DNA of 31,811 nt from Candidatus Saccharimonadota bacterium (GCA_028289075.1 JAQGGX010000058.1:1-31811); one strand, 5' to 3'. Shown: positions 15,467-25,829, counted from the first letter of the stretch. A program made the numbers and translations. The notes: generated by a model not told the origin, from the letters alone.

Positions 15467-16021
15467 ATGACATCTACCCAGTACGTTGCTTTGCTGCGCG
15501 GCATCAACGTTGGCGGCAAGAATCTTATTAAAATGACCGAGTTAAAGGCTTGTTTTGAACGGAATGGATTCGACAATGTTGCCAGCTATATCCAGAGCGG
15601 GAATATTTTGTTCGAGAGTAACGAAAAAGACATGCCCAAACTGGAGAGTCAGATTGAACAAATGCTTTCAAAAAACTTCAACTACAACGCACGTATTGTG
15701 TTGCGGTCTCACAAGCAAATGAAGTCTGTAATTGCGCAAGCACCCAGCGGATTTGGCGGCACACCTGCCGAATATCGATACGATGCGATCTTTCTCAAGG
15801 ATTTGCTCGCTTCACACGAACTAATAAAAGTGGTAAGCGCTAAAGAAGGTGTCGACCAGGTGTTTGCCGGAAATGGTGTACTGTATTTCTCCCGGCTTAT
15901 TAGTCGTGCATCACAGAGCAAATTAAGCAGAATTGTCGGCACTCCCGAATATCAACACATGACCATTCGTAACTGGAGCACGACAGTCAAGCTGCTCGCG
16001 CTCATGGAAGCACGCAATTAA
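15467..16021 (+). CDS. DUF1697 family protein
   Basis: YVALLRGINVGGKN, YIQSGN and C-terminal TIRNWSTT. Confidence 0.92.
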   Translation: MTSTQYVALLRGINVGGKNLIKMTELKACFERNGFDNVASYIQSGNILFESNEKDMPKLESQIEQMLSKNFNYNARIVLRSHKQMKSVIAQAPSGFGGTPAEYRYDAIFLKDLLASHELIKVVSAKEGVDQVFAGNGVLYFSRLISRASQSKLSRIVGTPEYQHMTIRNWSTTVKLLALMEARN

Positions 16022-16111
16022 GGGTTCCAATTCTCTCTTTGCGTGCAAGCGAAGCGTATCGAATAAGCATCCTGAAAAAATTATTGGAAGATCTTTTGTT
16101 ATTATTTAATT

Positions 16112-16597
16112 ATGAAGACCGCGTTACTTATAATAGACATTCAAGAGTTCTTTTTACACGATGCTCCAAATGATCTTGTCAGCAATATAGTTGCCGACAT
16201 TAACAACAATGAGTACAGCGCCATTGCCTTCACCGTGTTCAAAAATAATTCAGACTCCAACTTCGTACACTCCTTGAAGTGGCCAAAATGCGTAACTAAA
16301 GAGGACATCATGCTACCCAAAGAGTTTAATCCCTTTGTTACGGGGAAAAACGTATTTACTCGCGCAACCTACTCCGGCTTTAATAGCACCACATTGAATG
16401 ATTATTTAAAAAGTAAAAATACTCAAAAAGTTGTTTTATGCGGAGTAGACACCGATGCTTGTGTACTCGCTACTGCCTTCGATGCTTTTGATTACGGTTA
16501 TTTTGTTGACGTAAATTTTGGCCTTACATATAGTGGCGGCGATCTGGAGAAAGAAGCACAAGCCATTATAAAACGCAGTTTGATCGCAAGAGAATAG
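16112..16597 (+). CDS. Isochorismatase/cysteine hydrolase family protein
   Basis: TALLIIDIQ, TYSGF, GVDTDACV, AFDYG. Confidence 0.9.
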   Translation: MKTALLIIDIQEFFLHDAPNDLVSNIVADINNNEYSAIAFTVFKNNSDSNFVHSLKWPKCVTKEDIMLPKEFNPFVTGKNVFTRATYSGFNSTTLNDYLKSKNTQKVVLCGVDTDACVLATAFDAFDYGYFVDVNFGLTYSGGDLEKEAQAIIKRSLIARE

Positions 16598-16745
16598 TCT
16601 CCACCTTCATTAACACCAGCCAATCAAAAAGTTACTACCTGTTTTTCAACCACAAGAACCTGGAGTATGCCACTAACCTCACTATTTTGGTGCATAAACG
16701 ATATATTAGAATATAATACGTGCTTTAACACATGGAGTATAAGTT

Positions 16746-17267
16746 ATGCGCTCATTACTACTTGTTATAGATTTACAAAAGGGCTGGCGGCACAAAACGG
16801 CCACCGAAGCGGCTATGCTCAAGACTGTCGAGCTATGCAAAGAGTTTAGCGGCGATATTATCCACTGCTGCTTTAAAAATGATCCTGCAAGCTTGTTTCA
16901 TACGCAGCTCAAATGGTATCGCTTTACAGAGCCAGAAGATACTGATCAGATACCCGAAGTAATACCGCTCAAGTTACCACAGTACTGGCGCACTACGTAC
17001 TCGTGTGTCACCGATGAGTTACTGCCGGTATTCCAGCAATACGACCACATATACATTGCCGGTGTGTTTACTGACATCAGCGTAGCCGCGACTGCGATGG
17101 ATATTTTTGATCACAATATACCTGTTAGCGTGGTCACGGACTGCGTTGCAACACTTCATGGACAGTCAATACACGAGAATTCGTTGCGTTCACTGGACTA
17201 CGCCATTGGGCCAGGATGTCTCGTAACTGCCACTGCTCTCATAAAATCGCATGAGTCAGTATTGTAG
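16746..17267 (+). CDS. Isochorismatase family protein lacking the canonical Cys
   Basis: SLLLVIDLQ, AGVFTDISV, VVTDCVAT. Confidence 0.88.
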   Translation: MRSLLLVIDLQKGWRHKTATEAAMLKTVELCKEFSGDIIHCCFKNDPASLFHTQLKWYRFTEPEDTDQIPEVIPLKLPQYWRTTYSCVTDELLPVFQQYDHIYIAGVFTDISVAATAMDIFDHNIPVSVVTDCVATLHGQSIHENSLRSLDYAIGPGCLVTATALIKSHESVL

Positions 17268-17369
17268 GTTTAGGTAGTTACTGGGCAATCCATCATTTTT
17301 TAATCATATATAATCACAACACTTTTATTGCTGTTTGACCATTGATGTTGCATACCCGCGTGCTATCAT

Positions 17370-20120
17370 GTGATAACAACTATAAGGGAAATCAAAACCT
17401 CTATGCGGCAAGAGACTGAAAGAGCAGAATATGACGGCTTGGGACTCAAAGGACTGCGTAATTTGCCGCTGGAGTTTTACCGCGAAGACGATGATTCGCT
17501 TCTCCCAGAGCCTGCCCCCCATAGAAGCGTTCATGACACCGAGCAAATCCCAACAAGCCTGCCCGCAGTAGAGCTTCATTACTCGTCAGAAACTACAGAA
17601 CTCGGCAACGAGAGTTTACCCGTTTATGCATACCGCAATGAGATCCTAAATGCGGTCAAAGAGAACTCTGTCACGGTAATTGTCGCCGAAACTGGTGCTG
17701 GGAAAAGCACCCAGGTGCCGCAATTTTTGCTTGATGCCGGCTGGGACAATGTCTACCTAACCCAGCCCAGACGTGCAGCCGCCCGTAACGTATTCGAGCG
17801 CATACGCAGTGAAATTAGCGCAGTAAAGGGAAAGCCCGAGGGTGAAGCTCTAGTCAGCTACCAAACCGCCGGCGAACGTGAGGGGCCAGCAGATGCCGGT
17901 ATCAAAGTAGTGACCGATGGCTTGCAGCTAGTACGAGAACTTAATAATAGCGGTTCAGAGAAGAACGATGTGCTTATTATCGATGAGGTTCATGAATGGA
18001 ACGCCAATGTTGAGGTGCTGGTTGCCTGGGTAAAGAGAGCCATCCAGGAGAAGCCAAACCTTAGAGTAGTAATTATGAGCGCAACCATGGATGCTGATCG
18101 ACTAGCAAACTACTTTGGGGAAGTTTGTGTCAAAACTCCGCCAATCGTTGAAGTACCTGGTCGCACATATCACGTGGAGCGTTCTGAAAAACCTGAATCC
18201 ACCGTTGTCGATGAGGTTCTCAAGGCTGCACAGGAGATACATACCGCCGGCAAGAAAGACCGTAGCGAATCGAACGGCATACTGGTATTCGAACCTGGTA
18301 AGCGAGAAATAAACGATACTATCGATGAGATTCGCCGACGCTTGCCGCCCGACATTGCTAGAGTCGCTACCGTCCTCCCCCTGCATGCTAAGTTATCGAT
18401 AGAGGAGCAGCAGGCTGCATTCCGCAAATACCCAGGCGTAAAAATAATTGTAGCCACTGACGTTGCTCAGACCAGCCTTACCATACCTGATGTGAAGTAT
18501 GTCATTGATTCTGGCTACCAACGGCGTATGGAACTCGATAACGAAGGCGCACAAGGCCTTGTACTCCATGCTATTTCTCAGGCTGACTGCGATCAGCGCG
18601 CCGGCCGTGCCGGACGAGTAAGCGATGGCTTCTACATACTGACCCGTCTGGATGCGAAAACCCCTCATGTACCATATATTGCGCGAGACAAATATCCTCT
18701 GGCCGAGATACTAAGAACAGATATAATCCGCAATACACTGCGAATTGCCGGAGTTGGCCTAGATATTGCCTCGCTCGATTTGTATCACCCAGTGGAACCA
18801 CACTTTATCAAGCAAGCTCAGACTACTCTTCACACGCTCGGCGCACTTGATAAACACAACATCATCACTCCTATTGGTAAGCAAATGGATCAGTTCCCTG
18901 TACGTGCCTCATCCGCTCGGATGATGGTCGAAGCCGGTCGCTTCTCAGAACGAACGCGAGCATATATGGCAGCGATTGTTGCTGCTAAAGAAGTCGGCGG
19001 TCTACCGTATTTTGCATATAATGTTGGCAAAGAGTGGAAGAATCTAACTGAGGAAACATCCTCGGATTTACTCGCGCAACTCGATATTTTCATTGCTATT
19101 CAGGACATGGATGAAGCCGAAATGAAGGAACATGATTTAGACCTTCATAACATTACGCGTGCCCGGGAGCAGTACCGAAAGATTGCAAAATATGCCAATG
19201 CGCTCCAGGAAACATTGGCGCCGCCAACACCACAAGAACGCGAAGATCTGAAGCAGTGTATATACGCCGGTCTTATTACTTCCGTATATAAGTACAATGG
19301 CAACAGAACGTATATACACGTCGGTAACCCTGATACCCCTCGGCATATAAGTAATCGCAGTCTCGTATCAGGCTCACCTCAAATCGTTGTCGGTGACGCA
19401 TATCGCGTCGAATACTCTGCAAATGGCGGACGTGAGGTAAAACACATCATCGAGCATGCCACCGCGGCTACCTTAAGCGACATAGGTAGAATTGCCACGC
19501 ATCTGACTCAATGGAAGTCAGATGGGTTCACGCTGCGTGGTGGAAAGTTTGTAGATGTGCGACGCCTATCATTATTCGATATTGACCTCGGCATGTCAGA
19601 GGAAAGGGTAGCGCAGCCCTCGCCCCAGTTACGGGAAACAATCATAGCACATGTGTTAGAAAATGCCGGGCCCCAACAAAGTAAATTGCGCGCACTCAAA
19701 AAACAACTTGAGGAGCTTGCCCATCGGGCGAAGGATCACGTACCCCAGCTAACTCACGATCAGATGGTCGAGCTCGTCAAAGAGGCAACACCAGATGATG
19801 TTACCGACCCATCAGTCGTTGATAATAACTTACGGCTTATAATGCTAGAAAGAGGCATCTCCCTAGAGTCCTTCGTATCCCACGAAAGACAAGAACGTAT
19901 CGCACATAGTGCACCCGAAATGGTTACAATCAATGATGTGAAGTTGCGTCTGACTTACCGGAACAAACATCCTCTCGTACGACGCCCTAATCCTCGTGAT
20001 ATTGCACAACTAAAAGAGGAGATTTTCCTTGAAGATGGACGTCAAGTTTACTTCGTATTTGACGGCAGAACCTCCACCCTTTTTGAACTACAAGAGAAAT
20101 TATCTGTCGGCAGCAAATAA
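17370..20120 (+). CDS. DEAH/RHA-family (HrpA/HrpB-like) ATP-dependent RNA helicase
   Basis: AETGAGKSTQVPQ, TQPRRAAA, DEVH, MSAT, LHAKL, TDVAQTSLTIPDV, QRAGRAGR. Exact start uncertain. Confidence 0.93.
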   Translation: MITTIREIKTSMRQETERAEYDGLGLKGLRNLPLEFYREDDDSLLPEPAPHRSVHDTEQIPTSLPAVELHYSSETTELGNESLPVYAYRNEILNAVKENSVTVIVAETGAGKSTQVPQFLLDAGWDNVYLTQPRRAAARNVFERIRSEISAVKGKPEGEALVSYQTAGEREGPADAGIKVVTDGLQLVRELNNSGSEKNDVLIIDEVHEWNANVEVLVAWVKRAIQEKPNLRVVIMSATMDADRLANYFGEVCVKTPPIVEVPGRTYHVERSEKPESTVVDEVLKAAQEIHTAGKKDRSESNGILVFEPGKREINDTIDEIRRRLPPDIARVATVLPLHAKLSIEEQQAAFRKYPGVKIIVATDVAQTSLTIPDVKYVIDSGYQRRMELDNEGAQGLVLHAISQADCDQRAGRAGRVSDGFYILTRLDAKTPHVPYIARDKYPLAEILRTDIIRNTLRIAGVGLDIASLDLYHPVEPHFIKQAQTTLHTLGALDKHNIITPIGKQMDQFPVRASSARMMVEAGRFSERTRAYMAAIVAAKEVGGLPYFAYNVGKEWKNLTEETSSDLLAQLDIFIAIQDMDEAEMKEHDLDLHNITRAREQYRKIAKYANALQETLAPPTPQEREDLKQCIYAGLITSVYKYNGNRTYIHVGNPDTPRHISNRSLVSGSPQIVVGDAYRVEYSANGGREVKHIIEHATAATLSDIGRIATHLTQWKSDGFTLRGGKFVDVRRLSLFDIDLGMSEERVAQPSPQLRETIIAHVLENAGPQQSKLRALKKQLEELAHRAKDHVPQLTHDQMVELVKEATPDDVTDPSVVDNNLRLIMLERGISLESFVSHERQERIAHSAPEMVTINDVKLRLTYRNKHPLVRRPNPRDIAQLKEEIFLEDGRQVYFVFDGRTSTLFELQEKLSVGSK

Positions 20121-20310
20121 ACCATTTCAGCCACATAGATTGCACACGACTAATGCGATTTTGTATCTCGCTATAGCCAGTTGATGCCCGTCAAACAAAC
20201 ACTTCTTTTGCAGGGATACTAACTATGTTATTTGAGTTATGTATAGCCTTCGCACCAAACTGTCCGACCTTGCTTTGCTCGACGATACGCTGCCAAACAG
20301 ATACGATTCG

Positions 20311-21378
20311 TTAGCTCATTTCCTCGCGAGCATCCCTCAGGTCGTCTCTTGCCTGCCTGTTGATGTTCTTACGAGTCTTTCTGTTTTTAAGCCGTATGCG
20401 TTCAGTGTGTTTTACCTTGAGTCCACTGAGTTCTGATTTCATCTTAAGGTAACTCGCGTAATGAGCTGATTCTAGAGCTCCACTATGTAATGCATACTGG
20501 ATGGCACAGCCTGGTTCGCTACCGTGCTGGCACGTGGGGTATTTGCACTGGCTGATGAGTTCAGCGATATCATCATAATTGTCGTCCAGGTCTTCTTCGG
20601 TTCCCCACAGTTGTAGCTCACGAATACCAGGCGTGTCGATGAGCATGCCGCCGCCAGGCAACATAAAGAGCTCACGGTGAACAGTGGTGTGTTTACCAGT
20701 ATCATCTGACTCACGAACAGCTTGTGTAGTCTGCGCATCCCTACCGAGAAGTTGATTGGTAAGCGTTGATTTCCCTACCCCGGAGGATCCCAAAAGGATT
20801 GCAGTCTGCCCAGGTCTAATAAATTTAATAATTTCTTCTACACCAGATCCGGTAGTAGCGGTCAGAATAACGATAGGCAGGTCAAACTGATTCAACTGAT
20901 CTGTGAACCCACCAAGGTCATCCGTCTTGTCAGCTTTATTCAGCACAATTACAGGTTCAATATTATTGATTGAAAGCTGATACAAAAACCGCTTTAGTCG
21001 TTCAACACTAAAGTCATTGTCGAGCGCAAGCAGCACGAATGCTATATCGATATTGGCCGCAATGACTTGTTTGACCGTCCGGTTTCCCGCTACTTTACGA
21101 GCAATTTCACTGCGCCTGGGGATGACTTCTTCGATAACCGCGTATCCGTTATCGGATAAGCGTACGGCGACCCAGTCACCCACCTTTGGTACATTCTCTC
21201 GATCAGTATAATGCGCCAGTTTACCCGACAACTCAGCAGTTACTATTTCGGGCATGGCAATTTTTAATGACGTACCGAAGTCGGCTACGACGCGCGCCGG
21301 CTGCGTACCTATGTGATCAAGGTTCTCCCATTTTTGAGAGAATTCATGAGTCCAGCCAAAATTCGAAAGTTGGTCCAT
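20311..21378 (-). CDS. rsgA: Ribosome small subunit-dependent GTPase A
   Basis: OB-like N-terminus, circularly permuted GTPase (NKAD, GSSGVGKST, GKHTT, DTPG), Zn motif CKYPTCQHGSEPGC. Confidence 0.95.
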   Translation of the reverse strand: MDQLSNFGWTHEFSQKWENLDHIGTQPARVVADFGTSLKIAMPEIVTAELSGKLAHYTDRENVPKVGDWVAVRLSDNGYAVIEEVIPRRSEIARKVAGNRTVKQVIAANIDIAFVLLALDNDFSVERLKRFLYQLSINNIEPVIVLNKADKTDDLGGFTDQLNQFDLPIVILTATTGSGVEEIIKFIRPGQTAILLGSSGVGKSTLTNQLLGRDAQTTQAVRESDDTGKHTTVHRELFMLPGGGMLIDTPGIRELQLWGTEEDLDDNYDDIAELISQCKYPTCQHGSEPGCAIQYALHSGALESAHYASYLKMKSELSGLKVKHTERIRLKNRKTRKNINRQARDDLRDAREEMS

Positions 21379-21465
21379 GGCTATTATTATCGCACTAAAT
21401 GGTTAATGATAATGCCTTTTGCGGTCAAACCACGAAATAATCGGGGCATTCGTTACTGCAACACT

Positions 21466-22182
21466 CTAATTTTTTGAATCAACTACGAGAGCTTCCATAA
21501 AGAGAGAGGCTACGTCCACTCCGGGACCGGTGGTAGGAGCGTGAAACCACTTCAGCCCGGGCGCACTATTAATTTCAAGGATATATGCATGCCCCGCATC
21601 ATCTACTAGGAAATCAATTGCAGCAAACTTCAGACGGAATATATCTGTAACTGCCAGTGATAGTTCGGCAAGGTGAGGCTCCCATGATGCTTCAGAGAAT
21701 GATATCCGCTCTAAGTCCCTGTCAGCAGCGACTGAGGATCCATATTCACTTTGATGCACCGCAATAACGCGGTCATTTAGTACTAGATAGCGCATTTCTC
21801 TGCCAGTTATGTACTTTTCAAAAATACACTTTGTAATATTCATGCCAGTTAACTGGCTAATACTAGTAACTATGTGTATATCTTGAGAGCCCTGTCCTTC
21901 GACAGGTTTAACAATAATGGTGCCATGAGCACGCAAAAAGCTCTCTGCTTCCGCGAGAGTAGTTGGGTGAGCATAAGGTATATTCGGTAAGCCGTGCCGC
22001 TCTAGAATAAGTCTGGTGTGAAACTTATTTTTAGCCAAACTCGCGTTTACGTGAGAATTCAGGGAGCTTCTCGCATAGTTCACATACCGTTCACCATGCG
22101 GCGTGGCAACGGCAAATAAACCGTTTTCTACCAACCAGCGAGGTTGCAGTCCCATCTTTTGAGCAGACAGGAACAGCAACAC
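21466..22182 (-). CDS. ATP-grasp protein (RimK/cyanophycin-synthetase-like fold)
   Basis: AKNKFHT, IVKP, EKYITG, FAAIDF, YILEINSAPG. Start uncertain. Confidence 0.88.
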   Translation of the reverse strand: MLLFLSAQKMGLQPRWLVENGLFAVATPHGERYVNYARSSLNSHVNASLAKNKFHTRLILERHGLPNIPYAHPTTLAEAESFLRAHGTIIVKPVEGQGSQDIHIVTSISQLTGMNITKCIFEKYITGREMRYLVLNDRVIAVHQSEYGSSVAADRDLERISFSEASWEPHLAELSLAVTDIFRLKFAAIDFLVDDAGHAYILEINSAPGLKWFHAPTTGPGVDVASLFMEALVVDSKN

Positions 22183-22229
22183 AGCTGTACTGGTTATAGT
22201 ATTCTGAGAAATAGGAAGTCCTCCTGGCC

Positions 22230-22514
22230 CTAGCGCCGCTGGAAGCCACCGCTTCGAGAGCGGTCTTCTTGTGGACGCGCTTGGCTCACCATGAGCTTGC
22301 GGCCGTTAACTTCTTTGTCATTCAGTTCCTTGATTGCAGCACGTGCTTCATCATCGTTTTCCATTTCAACGAAGCCAAAACCTTTTGACTGGCCGCTGTC
22401 GCGATCTTTGATGATAGCTGTGCTGGTAACTTTACCGAATTCGGCAAAAAGTGCTTCCAACTCTTGGTCGGTCATGCTGTATGGAAGTCCACCTGCGTAT
22501 AGTTTCATTGACAT
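22230..22514 (-). CDS. RRM-domain RNA-binding protein
   Basis: RNP2 LYAGGL, RNP1 KGFGFVEM, Gly/Arg tail. Confidence 0.96.
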   Translation of the reverse strand: MSMKLYAGGLPYSMTDQELEALFAEFGKVTSTAIIKDRDSGQSKGFGFVEMENDDEARAAIKELNDKEVNGRKLMVSQARPQEDRSRSGGFQRR

Positions 22515-22783
22515 AATAAATAAATCCTTCTTTTAACTTAAAATCGCCCGCGTTTAGTCTCTTCTAACCGCGATAATAGTAAGTCTTTGAAAGGACTAAT
22601 AATGACAACGGAGAGGTTATAACAACCACTTGCTTACACACAGTTTAGCATAAAAACAATAATTACCCTATATTTTCAAGCCTAGGGTAAGCGCGTACTC
22701 AGATTATGTGAAGATATTCGCTGCGAGAAATAACGAAAATAGAAACACTGATACTCGTTAACGCAAACAAGCAGGAGGGTGCT

Positions 22784-23149
22784 ATGGGATTTCGAGAACT
22801 TATTAAAAAGGTTCAGGATTACTCGGGTTTTTCCGATAGAGAATCAAAAGAGGCGCTGGAGCATATGGTGGAGAGCTTATCGGTGCATCTGACTGAAGGC
22901 GAGCGCAAAGATTTCGCAAGCCAATTACCACAAGAATTGCAGGATATTGCGCTGGCGGTATACCCAACGGAAGCGCATGCTCGCCAGGATATGCTTGAAC
23001 AGTTCATGGAGAACCAACATATCGATGAACCACGGGCCAAGAAGCAAATATTGTCTGCATGGAAAGCGCTCAAAGACGCTATCAGCCCTGGCGAGATTGA
23101 TGACATCAGAGCGCAATTGCCAAATAAGACTGTGCAATTTCTCCATTAA
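22784..23149 (+). CDS. DUF2267 family protein
   Basis: DFASQLPQEL and ISPGEIDDIRAQLP; AGGAGG SD. Confidence 0.85.
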   Translation: MGFRELIKKVQDYSGFSDRESKEALEHMVESLSVHLTEGERKDFASQLPQELQDIALAVYPTEAHARQDMLEQFMENQHIDEPRAKKQILSAWKALKDAISPGEIDDIRAQLPNKTVQFLH

Positions 23150-23170
23150 AAGATCTATACCTGATATGGC

Positions 23171-24007
23171 TTAGGAAGTTGCTTCGGACTTGCCAAGCTT
23201 CTTGATTCTCGTGGAAACTAATTGTCCCGCCATCATTAAGCCCGCAAGACCAAGCCAGACATATGTATTACTTGCGTAGTCCTGCAACGTTTCACTTACT
23301 GCAGGAGAAATGCGCCCTGTTTGAATAATAATTTCACCAAGTCCGAATCCAACTGTTCCGGCGATCGCTCCACCATCGAGACTGCTATTGAGATTGAGCC
23401 GATGCACCTCTGACCGAGGTCGACCTTGCGCTGCCGCTGTACTGACGTAGGCAACCGTACCAATACCCATCACAGTGTTACCCCTGGACAAACCAGTAAG
23501 CAAACGGCGGCCTATACGGCGAGCCGTAGAAGCCTCGCGTTGCTCAGGCGTGAGTGTATTCACTCCTGGCAATGCATCCTCAAATAAGCCGACTACTCCG
23601 GGGAAACTTTTGTTAAATTCCGAGACAGCCCCGGGATAGTGGTGTAGCCCCTCTGCGGTAGCGCTGCCGACTGCCGCGCACCAGGCGCCAAACGTGGCAG
23701 CTGCAGTAAGGCCCGCAAGCGCAGGACTCTGGGTATGTTCGAGGACGCCAAACGTGGCAGCGGGCACGAATACAATTGATCCGCGGGCTCTATCAACAGC
23801 TTGTAATGCAACCGTACCAACCCCTGCCGAAAACGTCCGCAATTTATGCGGACTCTCCTGATAGTCCATCCCTGCTGCGCGGAGTACATTCCCAATACGC
23901 TCACGCCATGGAGATCTCTGTTCATCTTCAGGGTTCAACGCACCTGGAACGGGAAGTTGATCGCCAGGTAATGGGTGGTCATCGGGACGATCTAATTCAG
24001 CTGACAT
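23171..24007 (-). CDS. Hypothetical membrane protein
   Basis: 278 aa, several Gly/Ala-rich hydrophobic segments, no recognised family. Confidence 0.75.
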   Translation of the reverse strand: MSAELDRPDDHPLPGDQLPVPGALNPEDEQRSPWRERIGNVLRAAGMDYQESPHKLRTFSAGVGTVALQAVDRARGSIVFVPAATFGVLEHTQSPALAGLTAAATFGAWCAAVGSATAEGLHHYPGAVSEFNKSFPGVVGLFEDALPGVNTLTPEQREASTARRIGRRLLTGLSRGNTVMGIGTVAYVSTAAAQGRPRSEVHRLNLNSSLDGGAIAGTVGFGLGEIIIQTGRISPAVSETLQDYASNTYVWLGLAGLMMAGQLVSTRIKKLGKSEATS

Positions 24008-24056
24008 GTTAAATAGCTTAACATGCTTAAGTTTTAAATACTCCAGGTATGATTAC

Positions 24057-24866
24057 CTAGTTGGATGTTTTGCGGCGGAAGAGCCACGATGCCACCGGCA
24101 TCGCAACCACAATGATGCCTAGACTCCAGACAACGGCCATCCAACCATGGTTGCCAATCGGCATGCTGAGTATGAGCGCACGGACAGCCTCTATAACTTG
24201 AGTAATCGGCTGATTGACAGCAAAAGCCTTGAGTACAGGGCTCATGCCTTCAGAGGGCACGAACGCAGTGCTCGCAAAAGTGAGTGGAAAGACGATGACG
24301 AACGATAACCACTGTACGGCTTCGACACTCTTAGCAATAACCCCGACAATTGCAGCCAGCCACGAGAAGGCAAACGTAAAGAGCAGCAGAATACCGGCAA
24401 TCATTAGCCAATCAGTAAAGCTAGCACTGCTGCGGAATCCAATCACCAACCCTGCCAGCAGCATGACGACCGTTGATATTGTGTTACGAAAAAGGTCTGA
24501 GACCACATGACCGTTCAGTACAGCGATATTCGACATTGGAAGTGAGCGGAAACGATCAACAATACCCTTTTTTAAATCGTTACTCACAGCGATAGCCGTA
24601 GTCGTGGACCCAAACGCTACGGTCTGTACGATGATACCTGCCATCAGAAAGTCGAGATAGCTCACTCCGGTAGGCAAAGCTTTGGAAATCGCCCCACCAA
24701 ATACGGCCGCGAACAGCACTAAGAACATAATCGGCTGGAAAAACGTACCAAGCAGCTGGTCGGTATTTCGGATGATGTGACGGCTGCTACGCTTGATCAT
24801 CAATAACGAATCATTCAGCTGCAAGACTATTTTTGGTTTCTTTTCAAATACAAGTTCAACGGCCAT
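24057..24866 (-). CDS. DrrB-like ABC-2 permease
   Basis: GIVDRFRSLP, FASTAFVP, NQPIT; six TM segments. Confidence 0.93.
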   Translation of the reverse strand: MAVELVFEKKPKIVLQLNDSLLMIKRSSRHIIRNTDQLLGTFFQPIMFLVLFAAVFGGAISKALPTGVSYLDFLMAGIIVQTVAFGSTTTAIAVSNDLKKGIVDRFRSLPMSNIAVLNGHVVSDLFRNTISTVVMLLAGLVIGFRSSASFTDWLMIAGILLLFTFAFSWLAAIVGVIAKSVEAVQWLSFVIVFPLTFASTAFVPSEGMSPVLKAFAVNQPITQVIEAVRALILSMPIGNHGWMAVVWSLGIIVVAMPVASWLFRRKTSN

Positions 24867-25829
24867 TTATTTGTCCTCCTTTTTGCCAGCTTGTTTCTGT
24901 TTGCCAGTCAAAGACAGGAAGACGTCATCAAGCGTAGGTTTATGGATCGCCATCGAAAGCACTGTAACCTTTTCTTCTGCAAGTGTGTCGAGGGTTTTCC
25001 TGACATCAACGTTCGTGTCTTTGACGAGAACCGTTACTGTGCGCTCTTTTTCGTTTGATTCAGCAATGTCTTTGCCGATTGCCTTTACGGCTTTCTCGAA
25101 TGAGCCATTATTACTGAACGTTAACTCCAGGCGATCTTTGCCAATCTTGGCCTTCAGCTCCTTGGCAGTACCCTCAGCAATTACTTTGCCGCCATCTATG
25201 ACGACTATTTTGTCTGCAAGCTGATCGGCTTCTTCCAAATACTGAGTGGTAAGCAGTATCGTCGTGCCGCGCGCCATAAGATTCTTGATAATATCCCACA
25301 TAACCAGCCGAGAACGAGGGTCTAATCCCGTTGTAGGCTCATCAAGAAAAATGACTGGCGGTGCCGCAATCAGACTGACAGCCAAATCAAGCCGGCGACG
25401 CATGCCGCCCGAATATGTTATCGCCGTTCGTTCGGCAGCTTCAACCAAGTCAAATTCTTCCAGCAGTTCCTGGGCACGTGCCTTTGCACTCTCGTTCGTC
25501 AACCTATAGAGGCGTCCCATCATGACCAGGTTCTCGCGTCCGGTAAGTAGCTCATCGACTGCAGCGGACTGTCCGGTCAGGCCTATGACGCTGCGGACTT
25601 TATCGGATTCTGACTGTACGTCATAACCCTCGACAGTCACAGTGCCTGAATCAAACTTCAGGAGCGTACTCAGGATCCTGACAGATGTAGTTTTCCCGGC
25701 GCCGTTCGGCCCAAGCAGTGCAAGCATCGTGCCTCGTTCAACTTTGAGATCGATACCTTTCAAGACTTTATTTGCGCCGTACGATTTTTTTAAATTCTTT
25801 GCTTCAATGACATATTTACTCACGGCCAT
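24867..25829 (-). CDS. DrrA-like ABC exporter ATP-binding protein
   Basis: GPNGAGKT, YSGGMRRRLDLA, FLDEPTTGLDP, TTQYLEEA, PTLDDVFL; start 25829 after AGGAG. Confidence 0.95.
   Translation of the reverse strand: MAVSKYVIEAKNLKKSYGANKVLKGIDLKVERGTMLALLGPNGAGKTTSVRILSTLLKFDSGTVTVEGYDVQSESDKVRSVIGLTGQSAAVDELLTGRENLVMMGRLYRLTNESAKARAQELLEEFDLVEAAERTAITYSGGMRRRLDLAVSLIAAPPVIFLDEPTTGLDPRSRLVMWDIIKNLMARGTTILLTTQYLEEADQLADKIVVIDGGKVIAEGTAKELKAKIGKDRLELTFSNNGSFEKAVKAIGKDIAESNEKERTVTVLVKDTNVDVRKTLDTLAEEKVTVLSMAIHKPTLDDVFLSLTGKQKQAGKKEDK

Noticed and set aside
16021-16036. GGGTTCCAATTCTCT as a tRNA T-arm relic
   Set aside because: Only about 10/15 identity, poor stem, and no adjoining tRNA elements.
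16616-16649. CCAGCCAAT...TTTTCAAC between the two isochorismatase genes as another junction repeat
   Set aside because: Only a 9-bp and an 8-bp match with wrong spacing; compatible with chance, though worth rechecking if relatives break synteny here.
23686-23761. 16-bp direct repeat CGCCAAACGTGGCAGC (23686-23701, 23746-23761)
   Set aside because: Lies in frame within a CDS and encodes a repeated AATFG peptide; only two copies, no mobile or regulatory context.
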